Shown: one piece after another, positions 27,284 to 35,304 of the stretch
Numbering within the stretch: the stretch's first letter is position 1
Layout: each line of letters begins with the position of its first letter
Translations under genes and position numbers: made by a program
Notes under the pieces: model-generated
Databases searched by the model: none
Told to the model about the DNA's origin: nothing
The model's input: only the letters and a program-made list of their open reading frames with translations
IMG/VR virus record: IMGVR_UViG_3300021197_001711
Span: 1 to 52,152 of that record
DNA: 52,152 nt
Reading direction: 5' to 3' (one strand)
Source: a virus
Taxonomy: Duplodnaviria > Caudoviricetes

Positions 27284-28341
27284 AACTAGCATTGATTACC
27301 GATCTTCACTTTGGTGTGAGGAACGATCACTCTGCATTTGCAGATTTTCAAGAAAAGTTCTACAATAATATATTCTTTCCATATCTCAAAGACAACGATA
27401 TTGACACCATAGTCGATCTCGGGGATACGTTCGATCGAAGAAAGTATATCAACTTCGTTTCTCTTGATCGAGCAAAGCGAATGTTTTTTGATCCCATTGA
27501 GCAGAACAAGTATAACTTACACACTCTTGTAGGTAATCACGATTCGTTTTACAAAAACACTCTCGAGATAAATTCTATGAATTTACTTGCTGAGCATTAT
27601 AAGAATATTCGAATATATGAAAAGCCAGAGGTGATAAAGTTTGATGATCTTAGTATCGTTATGCTTCCATGGATATGCGCAGACAATCAAGAGGAAGTGT
27701 TTGCTCTGTGTGAGAATACCGATGCTCAGATATTGTTTGGCCACCTAGAACTTTCTGGCTACCAAATGTATAAAGGTCAGGCTATCCATCATGGTATGGA
27801 TGATGATTGGTTGAGAAAGTTTGATGTTGTATGTACTGGTCATTATCATACCAAGTCAGTTACAGGTAACATCAACTACCTCGGCTGTCCGTATGAAATG
27901 ACGTGGTCCGACTTCAATGATACAAAAGGTTTTCATATTTTTGATACCGATACAAGAGAGTTGGAATTCATACAGAATCCGTATAGAATCTTTCATAAGA
28001 TACATTACAATGATCAAGACAAGATCATGGAACAAGTTGTCAATCAAGACTTTGATGCATATGCCAACTCTTTTATCAAAGTTATTGTAACAGAAAAAAC
28101 AAATCCGTATTGGTTTGACATGTTCATTGAAAAACTTGAGAAAGTTAATCCTATACATGTACAGGTCGTTGAGGATCATCTTAATCTCGATCTTGAGTCG
28201 GATGATGATATAATAAATGAAGCTGAAGATACACTTACAATACTTACCAAGTACATAGATGCACTGGAAGCGAGTGTAGATAAGAATAAACTTGAATCAA
28301 CAATAAAGGATCTGTATTCCGAAGCATTGTCCCTGAGTTAA
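27280..28341 (+). CDS. gp47: Recombination nuclease gp47 (Mre11/SbcD-like)
   Basis: DLHFG, LGDTFD, GNHD, GHYH metallophosphoesterase motifs. Confidence 0.95.
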   Translation: MKLALITDLHFGVRNDHSAFADFQEKFYNNIFFPYLKDNDIDTIVDLGDTFDRRKYINFVSLDRAKRMFFDPIEQNKYNLHTLVGNHDSFYKNTLEINSMNLLAEHYKNIRIYEKPEVIKFDDLSIVMLPWICADNQEEVFALCENTDAQILFGHLELSGYQMYKGQAIHHGMDDDWLRKFDVVCTGHYHTKSVTGNINYLGCPYEMTWSDFNDTKGFHIFDTDTRELEFIQNPYRIFHKIHYNDQDKIMEQVVNQDFDAYANSFIKVIVTEKTNPYWFDMFIEKLEKVNPIHVQVVEDHLNLDLESDDDIINEAEDTLTILTKYIDALEASVDKNKLESTIKDLYSEALSLS

Positions 28342-28343
28342 TT

Positions 28344-30068
28344 ATGATAAATTTTAAGTATTTGAGATGGAAAAACTTTCTGAGTACGGGTAATGCGTTC
28401 ACAGAAATAAAACTCGATAACGATAAAACAACACTCATAGTTGGTGAGAACGGTTCTGGTAAATCAACAATACTGGACGCCTTGTCGTTTGGTTTGTATG
28501 GTAAGCCGTTTCGAAAGATTAGTAAGAAGCAGTTAATCAATACGATTAACAGCAAAGAGTCAGAAGTACAAGTTGAATTTACTATTGGCAAGGCTTCGTA
28601 TAAGATAATACGTCATATCAAAAAGTATGGCTCGTCGAAGTTTGAAGTGTATAAAGATGATACGCTTCTCAATCAAGATGCAGCCGCTAAAGACTATCAA
28701 GAGATGCTTGAGAAGAATATTCTTAAGCTGAATCACAAATCTTTCAGTCAAATTGTAGTGCTCGGTAGTAGTACTTTTGTTCCTTTTATGCAATTGCCTT
28801 CTCAGCATAGAAGAGAGGTGATAGAGGACCTTCTTGACATACAAATATTCTCTACTATGAATACGTTGCTAAAGGACAGGAGTGCTGCTAATAAAAATGC
28901 TTTGTTGGAGATAGACTATAAAATTAATCTTGCTGAAGAAAAGATTGCAATGCAAGAGAAGTATATTGCTGAACTAAAAAATAACACCGACAAACGATTG
29001 AATGAAAGTAAGATAAAGATAACCAAAGCAGAAAAAGAAAAGAGGGTACATGTAGCCAAAGTCGATGAATGTCAGGAACAGGTAGAAAAACTACAAGAAA
29101 AACAACCAGATATAAATGCGATAAAGAGTAAAAAGAAAAAGCTAGAGCAGCTAGAATATAAACTACAAGACAAAATCAATAAGATAGAGCAAGAGATAGA
29201 GTTCTATCGCGATCATGACGATTGTCCAACATGCAAGCAGAATATAGATACAACATTCAAATGTAATATTGTAGATGACAGGCAAGCCACTCTTACAAAA
29301 ACTACGGATGGGTTTGTCATGCTTCAAGAGGAACGTGACAGCATAAACGAGCAACTTGAGAATGTGCAAAGTATACAAGAGCAAGTCGCAACATTGCAGG
29401 CAGAGATAACAAATAACAACTCTCAGATCAACGCACTCAATACTCTTATCGATTCCATAAACGATGATATCTCTAAGATAGATACTGAACTAACTACTGA
29501 CAACACCAACACAGATAAACTCAAAAATCTACAAAAAAGTTTAAACGATCAACATGGTGAGAAAGAGTCGTTGTATGAAAGCAAGAGTGTCCTCGACGTA
29601 GCTTCGTTGATACTAAAGGACAGTGGTATCAAGACAAGAATCATAAAGCAGTACGTTCCTATAATGAATAAACTAGTCAGCAAGTATCTTGCTGCAATGG
29701 ACTTCTTTGTTCAGTTTGAGCTTGATGAAAACTTTAATGAAACAATCAAGTCAAGATTCAGAGATGCATTTAGTTATGAGTCTTTCTCGGAAGGCGAGAA
29801 GATGCGAATCGACCTTGCGCTCCTCTTTACTTGGAGGGCTGTTGCTAAACTTAGAAACAGCGTAAGCACAAATCTTCTTATCATGGATGAAGTGTTTGAT
29901 TCCTCATTGGACAATACAGGTACCGATGAGTTTATGAGAATACTAAATGACTTGACTTCTGATGCAAATGTCTTTATAATATCTCATAAAGGTGATCAAC
30001 TGATGGACAAATTCCAGTCTACTATACGTTTTGAAAAAGTGAAGAATTTCAGTAGGATAGCGTCATAA
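28344..30068 (+). CDS. gp46: Recombination ATPase gp46 (Rad50/SbcC-like)
   Basis: GENGSGKS, zinc hook CPTC, FSEGEK, LLIMDE. Confidence 0.96.
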   Translation: MINFKYLRWKNFLSTGNAFTEIKLDNDKTTLIVGENGSGKSTILDALSFGLYGKPFRKISKKQLINTINSKESEVQVEFTIGKASYKIIRHIKKYGSSKFEVYKDDTLLNQDAAAKDYQEMLEKNILKLNHKSFSQIVVLGSSTFVPFMQLPSQHRREVIEDLLDIQIFSTMNTLLKDRSAANKNALLEIDYKINLAEEKIAMQEKYIAELKNNTDKRLNESKIKITKAEKEKRVHVAKVDECQEQVEKLQEKQPDINAIKSKKKKLEQLEYKLQDKINKIEQEIEFYRDHDDCPTCKQNIDTTFKCNIVDDRQATLTKTTDGFVMLQEERDSINEQLENVQSIQEQVATLQAEITNNNSQINALNTLIDSINDDISKIDTELTTDNTNTDKLKNLQKSLNDQHGEKESLYESKSVLDVASLILKDSGIKTRIIKQYVPIMNKLVSKYLAAMDFFVQFELDENFNETIKSRFRDAFSYESFSEGEKMRIDLALLFTWRAVAKLRNSVSTNLLIMDEVFDSSLDNTGTDEFMRILNDLTSDANVFIISHKGDQLMDKFQSTIRFEKVKNFSRIAS

Positions 30069-30598
30069 TGCCAGCATGTGTTTTAGAGAAAAGTACTAGC
30101 GAAATGTTGAGGGCTGAGAGTCCTTATTTTGATTTTGATAACCCGGTTATGGATCCATTGAAGCTCGAGCAGGATTTGAAAGACTCTATGGTCTTCCATA
30201 AAGGCATTGGTATATCAGCTTGTCAAGTAGGATTGCTGACACGTGTCTTTGCTGTTGGCGACCCTTCTAGTCCTGATGATATCATTGTAATGTTTAATCC
30301 TAACATTGTTGATACGTCTGAAGATTATGTCTTGATTGAAGAAGGCTGCCTCTCCTTTCCTGGTTTGTTTGTAAAAGTGAAACGGCCAGAATCAATACGG
30401 ATAAGATATTCAAACGCAAAAGGTAAAGTTATAACTGAATCGTATGATGGTATTCCAGCCCGAGCCATTCTTCATGAGTATGACCATTTGGATGGCGTTA
30501 CATTTCATACACGTGCCAATGCAATACACCTTGATCAAGCAAAACGACAAAAGAAAAAGCTAGATAAGAAAAGAAAGCGCAACCTTAGATTTAATTAA
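30068..30598 (+). CDS. def: Peptide deformylase
   Basis: GIGISACQ, EGCLS, HEYDHLDG. Confidence 0.93.
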   Translation: MPACVLEKSTSEMLRAESPYFDFDNPVMDPLKLEQDLKDSMVFHKGIGISACQVGLLTRVFAVGDPSSPDDIIVMFNPNIVDTSEDYVLIEEGCLSFPGLFVKVKRPESIRIRYSNAKGKVITESYDGIPARAILHEYDHLDGVTFHTRANAIHLDQAKRQKKKLDKKRKRNLRFN

Positions 30599-30612
30599 AC
30601 TGAGATACATTT

Positions 30613-31557
30613 ATGTCAAAACAATATGCATTTTCCGAAACTTTCTATTCTGTGCAGGGCGAAGGTCACTACACAGGGGTGCCATCTGTATGGCTTCGGT
30701 TCTTTCTTTGTAATCTACAATGTGATGGATTTGGTCAAGATGATCCGACCAATCCTGATACATATGAGCTACCGTATAAGGACTTCGATAAGCTAGACGT
30801 GAACGATATTACTGAGCTACCTGTTTGGGAGAAGGGTTGTGATAGTTCGTATTCGTGGTCTAAGAAGTTCAAACATCTTCAACAAAAGCAAACAGCAGAG
30901 GAAATTGTTGAGACGTTAAGGCAAGAAATGATTAACGAGTTCAATCCAAACGGAAACTATCAACATCCTATGTCAGGTAGATCGGCACATTTAGTACTCA
31001 CAGGTGGTGAGTCATTGATGAAGCATGCCCAACAGGCAGCCGTGGATCTGATCAACGTATATCATGCAAAGCAGACGCATGAAAGACCATGGAACATAAC
31101 ATGGGAAACGAATGGCACTCAAGCGCTTACAGAAGATTTTACAAGGGTATTTGGGAACAGAGGTCTATATTCTGGTGAACTATTCTTCTCATGTAGTCCT
31201 AAACTATTTACAGTATCTGGTGAGAAACCCAAGAAAGCTATACGACCTGATGTAGTTGCTGAGTATGAAAATCTTGGTAAATCAGTACGGCAAAGAACAC
31301 AAAGAGATCAAGCTCCTATAGGTCAGCTTAAATTTGTAATGGGTCCTAAGAAAGAGCAGTGGGAAGAACTCGATGAAGTCATACATCAGTTTAGACAAGC
31401 TGGAGTTAACTGGCCAGTATGGATAATGCCTGTCGGGGCTACTGTAGAAGGACAAAAAATGATCGACGGTGATGTTGCCAACATAGCCCAGGATAGGGGA
31501 TACTGTGTATCAGCTCGAGTTCATACTTATATGTGGGGCAACGTGATAGGAGTTTAA
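30613..31557 (+). CDS. queE: 7-carboxy-7-deazaguanine synthase (radical SAM)
   Basis: FYSVQGEG, LRF, CNLQC...CDS, LTGGE, ETNGT, SPK, RVH; next to queD/folE. Confidence 0.9.
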   Translation: MSKQYAFSETFYSVQGEGHYTGVPSVWLRFFLCNLQCDGFGQDDPTNPDTYELPYKDFDKLDVNDITELPVWEKGCDSSYSWSKKFKHLQQKQTAEEIVETLRQEMINEFNPNGNYQHPMSGRSAHLVLTGGESLMKHAQQAAVDLINVYHAKQTHERPWNITWETNGTQALTEDFTRVFGNRGLYSGELFFSCSPKLFTVSGEKPKKAIRPDVVAEYENLGKSVRQRTQRDQAPIGQLKFVMGPKKEQWEELDEVIHQFRQAGVNWPVWIMPVGATVEGQKMIDGDVANIAQDRGYCVSARVHTYMWGNVIGV

Positions 31558-31558
31558 C

Positions 31559-32125
31559 ATGAAACTAAGATGTACAAAATCATATTTTAATTTACCCGTT
31601 GCTCATATGCAATGGTTTGATACAGACGAATCTGGCGAAGCGTGCACAGGTCCTTGTTCAAAGTGGCATGGATACGATCGATCGGTTCATTTTGAGTTTG
31701 CTGGTGAAGCAGACGAACATGGTTGGATTGTAGGTTTCGGTGACCTCAAACCAATTAAACAATTCTTGGAATTCTATTTCGACCATACAGCTCTTATATC
31801 AGCTGATGATCCTCGGATAGAAAAAGCAGTGGAAGCTCGTGAAAACGGTCTTGTTGATCTGAGGATATTGCCTTATGGTGTGTCTATGGAGATGAGCTCC
31901 ATATTCATATGGGAACAGGTAAATCCTTTTATCTATTCTGTCACTGATGGTAGAGCTTATATTTCAAGAATAGAATGCAGAGAGCATGAAAAGAATTCTG
32001 CGTTTATAGAAATAGAAGAAAAGATAGCACGTAAGCAAGGTAAGCAATCAGAAAAATATCTTGTCCAGATATCCGACTGGCGTAATTTTATCAAGCCTGG
32101 GGACATACTCAAAAGGTATAGCTAG
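31559..32125 (+). CDS. queD: 6-carboxytetrahydropterin synthase
   Basis: AHMQW, CSKWHGY (variant of CxxxHGH), FDHT, EHEKNSA. Confidence 0.85.
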   Translation: MKLRCTKSYFNLPVAHMQWFDTDESGEACTGPCSKWHGYDRSVHFEFAGEADEHGWIVGFGDLKPIKQFLEFYFDHTALISADDPRIEKAVEARENGLVDLRILPYGVSMEMSSIFIWEQVNPFIYSVTDGRAYISRIECREHEKNSAFIEIEEKIARKQGKQSEKYLVQISDWRNFIKPGDILKRYS

Positions 32126-32215
32126 CAGTCCCTAAATTATTGTTTTTATATATACTCGTGTTCGTAGGAGATCCCTACGTTCACTTTCGTAACTATATCC
32201 CAAAAGGAGAAAAAA

Positions 32216-32320
32216 ATGTCCACTAAAAGTGAGACTATGTACGCGCTCGCCCAAACTTTAGTAATTACTTGTGTTATTACACTTATGCCCGCAGCTGTTA
32301 TATATTTGTCGTTGGTATAA
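32216..32320 (+). CDS. 34-aa predicted membrane peptide (below ORF-track cut-off)
   Basis: SD AAAAGGAG; MSTKSETMYALAQTLVITCVITLMPAAVIYLSLV. Confidence 0.6.
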   Translation: MSTKSETMYALAQTLVITCVITLMPAAVIYLSLV

Positions 32321-32448
32321 TGATCAAGCACGCTCTATTTTACATGTTGTTTTGTATGCACCTCTACGTTGAAAATGGGGAGTTTCCTAGAACCTTTCTC
32401 AAAACCAATGTGGAGGTGATTCAACCTAAAACAAGGTTGACTAATTGA
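32320..32448 (+). CDS. 42-aa peptide with hydrophobic N-terminus
   Basis: TAATG overlap with the previous ORF; MIKHALFYMLFCMHLYVENGEFPRTFLKTNVEVIQPKTRLTN. Confidence 0.4.
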   Translation: MIKHALFYMLFCMHLYVENGEFPRTFLKTNVEVIQPKTRLTN

Positions 32449-32500
32449 AGTATATCTTATATAATAGTTGTAATGTTTAACAATGTAGTGAATATAAATA
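32437..32500 (+). promoter_or_regulatory. Tandem sigma70 and late promoters for folE operon
   Basis: TTGACT (32437)-17 nt-TATAAT (32460); TATAAATA at 32493. Confidence 0.75.
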
Positions 32501-32502
32501 TT

Positions 32503-32614
32503 AGAGCAACAAGGTGTTCCGGAGGTTGCGCTTGCAATGAGCTTTTCTCCGGCCCAGGCCTGACCGTCCTCGCCTCTCTACGGTCGTTAAACTCAACCCG
32601 AGATGGAGAATACA
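32503..32614 (+). ncRNA. Candidate structured cis-regulatory 5' leader of folE
   Basis: GC-rich island with stems CCGGAG/CTCCGG, GCAAC/GTTGC, GACCGT/ACGGTC and two anti-SD segments. Confidence 0.5.
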
Positions 32615-33286
32615 ATGTCGAAAATTAATCCGGAACTAGGCCGTGAGGTAAACAAGTACCTCGATACTTTAGGTATCAATACTCCCATAACTCCTTTAGT
32701 AAAAGAAGATCGTGAAGAAAAGCTGCGTAAAGTGGCTGAGCTCACACAGGAGATGTTAGAAGTACTTGGTCTTGATTTAACTGACGATTCATTAGAAGAA
32801 ACACCAATGCGTGTTGCCAAGATGTATGTTGACGAAATCTTTTCTGGTCTTCGTTATGATACCTTTCCAAAGTGTACTACTGTTGAGAACAAGTTTTGCC
32901 ATGGTGAAGAATTTGTTCTCGAGAAGAACATTACGATGTATTCTGATTGTGAACACCACCTTAGACCTATCATTGGTAAGGCACACGTTGCATACATTCC
33001 AGGAGAAAAGGTCCTTGGTCTATCTAAGCTCAATCGTATCACACAATACTTTGCACAACGTCCTCAAGTGCAGGAACGTCTTACTCAGCAAATTGCTCAT
33101 GCAATAGCGTATATTACTGAATCTGATAATGTCATGGTTGTTATAGACGCTGGTCACACTTGTGTCTCACAGCGTGGTATTAAAGACACAAACAGTACTA
33201 CAGTTACAGCTTGTTGCCTTGGTAAATTTGGAGCGAAAGATAGTGAGCTCCGTAAAGAAGTGATGAATAATATCAACCGCGGTTGA
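32615..33286 (+). CDS. folE: GTP cyclohydrolase I
   Basis: ETPMRVAKMY, CEHH, GLSKLNRI, RPQVQERLT, HTCVSQRG; start set at ATG 32615 behind SD GGAGAA. Confidence 0.95.
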   Translation: MSKINPELGREVNKYLDTLGINTPITPLVKEDREEKLRKVAELTQEMLEVLGLDLTDDSLEETPMRVAKMYVDEIFSGLRYDTFPKCTTVENKFCHGEEFVLEKNITMYSDCEHHLRPIIGKAHVAYIPGEKVLGLSKLNRITQYFAQRPQVQERLTQQIAHAIAYITESDNVMVVIDAGHTCVSQRGIKDTNSTTVTACCLGKFGAKDSELRKEVMNNINRG

Positions 33287-33304
33287 TAATTAAGGACCAT
33301 TGTT

Positions 33305-33640
33305 ATGAAGAAAAGTATATGGGTAACCTTCCAGAAGGAAGGGATACACTGCTATCCTAATGCTCCAGCTGGAGTTGAATTTCTTAAACATCCTCATCGC
33401 CATATATTTCACTTTCGAGTAGAGATCGAAGTATTTCACGATGACAGGGATATTGAATTCATCTTGTTTAAACGAGAGCTGGAAGCATTGTATAGTGAAG
33501 GCGTTCTCGAGCTTGACTATAAGTCATGTGAAATGATTGCCGATGAGCTTGCAGAATTCATTCTCGAGACCTACACGGGTAGAGAACTGATAATAACAGT
33601 TAGTGAAGATAACGAAAATGGTGCCACCTGTAGGTACTAA
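33305..33640 (+). CDS. dpdL: QueD paralogue, predicted CDG decarboxylase DpdL
   Basis: T-fold-like, LKHPHRHIF matches the LxxxHRHxF signature I recall for DpdL; SCEMIA and VSEDNENG; in a deazaguanine cluster that already has a true queD. Confidence 0.7.
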   Translation: MKKSIWVTFQKEGIHCYPNAPAGVEFLKHPHRHIFHFRVEIEVFHDDRDIEFILFKRELEALYSEGVLELDYKSCEMIADELAEFILETYTGRELIITVSEDNENGATCRY

Positions 33641-33657
33641 ACAGTGAGATTTTTATT

Positions 33658-34491
33658 ATGTCTATCGACTTTTGTCATATATGTCCGACCCCGCACCTTG
33701 AAGAATTTGTTAAAGGTAGAAACTTTCACCTTGCTTTAGCACATCTAATAGAAATAGATGACACTTATACATCGTTCTACCAAAACGAAATTGATTCTAC
33801 TATCATACTTGACAACTCTGCTTTTGAAATGTATAAGCAGGGTCGGCCTATGTACCCTCCAGAAAAACTTATTGAAATGGGTAAGCGTATTCACGCTGAC
33901 TATATTGTCATGCCCGACTATCCTAATCAGAAAGGTCAAGTTACTATCGATGCTGCGATAGAGATAGCACCTGCTCTACGTGCCGAAGGATTTAAAACAT
34001 TCTTTGTACCGCAATCTGAAATAGGTGACAAGGAAGACTTTATTGATGCATTTAAATGGGCTGCATCCAGCGAGCATGTTGATTATATTGGCGTATCAAT
34101 ACTGGGTGTACCAAATGCATATGGCGTTGAAAAGGATAACAACCTTCAACGTTTTCTGAGTCGCTGGAAGATGATGGAAGAACTCTGGGATCGAGGATTG
34201 CTTCATGCAGCTCTTGATAACGGTAAGAAAATACATTTCCTAGGTATGGTTGATGGTCCAAATGAGATTGAGTTGGTATCAGAATACGCAAAGTATATTG
34301 ACACGTGGGATAGCTCTGCTGCTGTGTGGGCTGGCCTTAATGATATACCGTTTGATGACTCTCCGTCAGGTCTCATAGATGGAAAGTTCGAAGAGGAAGT
34401 TGATTTTGACCTCGAAACGGATGATAATGATCTATTGAATACAGCTATGTTCAATATTGATTATATTGATAAACTTTGTGAGGAAGTCTAA
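33658..34491 (+). CDS. dpdA: TGT-like guanine transglycosylase, DpdA3-like
   Basis: TIM-barrel TGT-type motifs IILDNSAFE, IVMPD, FFVPQ, IHFLG, TWDSS; cluster context. The subfamily call is inference. Confidence 0.7.
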   Translation: MSIDFCHICPTPHLEEFVKGRNFHLALAHLIEIDDTYTSFYQNEIDSTIILDNSAFEMYKQGRPMYPPEKLIEMGKRIHADYIVMPDYPNQKGQVTIDAAIEIAPALRAEGFKTFFVPQSEIGDKEDFIDAFKWAASSEHVDYIGVSILGVPNAYGVEKDNNLQRFLSRWKMMEELWDRGLLHAALDNGKKIHFLGMVDGPNEIELVSEYAKYIDTWDSSAAVWAGLNDIPFDDSPSGLIDGKFEEEVDFDLETDDNDLLNTAMFNIDYIDKLCEEV

Positions 34492-34826
34492 TGGGAACCA
34501 AGTACAGGTTTGGTGAAGACCAGATTGTCAAGGAGGCTTTGGATTATATCGAGTCTACTTATGCAGGACACTATGTTGGTCACGCAGCTGGTGAGAAGGA
34601 TGAGGATATTCAAACTATCGATGTGTGGCGTACACTTGGTATTGAAGCTGAGTCGTGTCAAAGTAATATTCTAAAGTATATTATGCGTTATGGTAAGAAG
34701 GACGGTTTCAATAAGAAGGATCTATTGAAAGTGATACACTATACTGTCTTGCTATGGCACTTTACGCAAAACAACAAATCAAAAACAGACGAAGAAAAAA
34801 ATGATGAAGCATATATTGGGTATTAA
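34491..34826 (+). CDS. DUF3310 / T7 gp1.7-like putative nucleotide kinase
   Basis: HY, NILKYIMRYGKKDG, DLLKVIHY. Confidence 0.75.
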   Translation: MGTKYRFGEDQIVKEALDYIESTYAGHYVGHAAGEKDEDIQTIDVWRTLGIEAESCQSNILKYIMRYGKKDGFNKKDLLKVIHYTVLLWHFTQNNKSKTDEEKNDEAYIGY

Positions 34827-35304
34827 TTCTAAGTCTTCGCTTAGTAATGTGAGAGAAGGCGACAGCCAACCTAACGCTGTTGATCTTCGCGTTGATAAAA
34901 TATTCAACATGGGTACAGGTGTATTTGAGATATCGGATGATCATAAGACTCATCGTCAAGGCTCAACACCAGTAGATCTTGACTCAGAAGGTTACTATAA
35001 CCTTGAAGCAGGGGACTACGAAGTCATAATGGAGAATATTATTTCCGTTGGCGAGAATGAAGCTGGATGGGTAATAACTCGATCTACGCTTAACCGTAAT
35101 GGCCTCTTTCTTACCTCAGGACTTTATGACTCTGGATACAACGGTGTGATGGCTGGCGTGCTACATTGCAACGGTCCAGCTAGAATTCAAAAAGGTACAC
35201 GTATAGGTCAATACTTGAGTTTCGAAGCTGAATCATTGAGCTCGTATGATGGTGATTACGGTATTGGTAAACAACATGATGAAAAATATAAAGGTGAAAA
35301 GTAA
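34801..35304 (+). CDS. Trimeric dUTPase/dCTP-deaminase-fold protein
   Basis: QPNAVDLR, RSTLNRNG, YDSGYNG, RIGQ, YDGDYG. Confidence 0.8.
   Translation: MMKHILGINSKSSLSNVREGDSQPNAVDLRVDKIFNMGTGVFEISDDHKTHRQGSTPVDLDSEGYYNLEAGDYEVIMENIISVGENEAGWVITRSTLNRNGLFLTSGLYDSGYNGVMAGVLHCNGPARIQKGTRIGQYLSFEAESLSSYDGDYGIGKQHDEKYKGEK

Noticed and set aside
32146-32331. 61-aa minus-strand ORF in the queD-folE gap
   Set aside because: The plus strand has a strong SD and a coherent membrane peptide at 32216-32320; the minus ORF has no such support.
32503-32614. Known preQ1-I or THF-II riboswitch, or a tRNA
   Set aside because: No preQ1-I A-rich tail, no T-loop or cloverleaf; could not match a known consensus by eye, so kept only as an unknown candidate.
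30613-34491. Queuosine tRNA-modification or folate auxiliary pathway
   Set aside because: No queC, queF, queA or canonical zinc-binding tgt; a DpdL-like and a DpdA-like gene within the replication module favour DNA modification.
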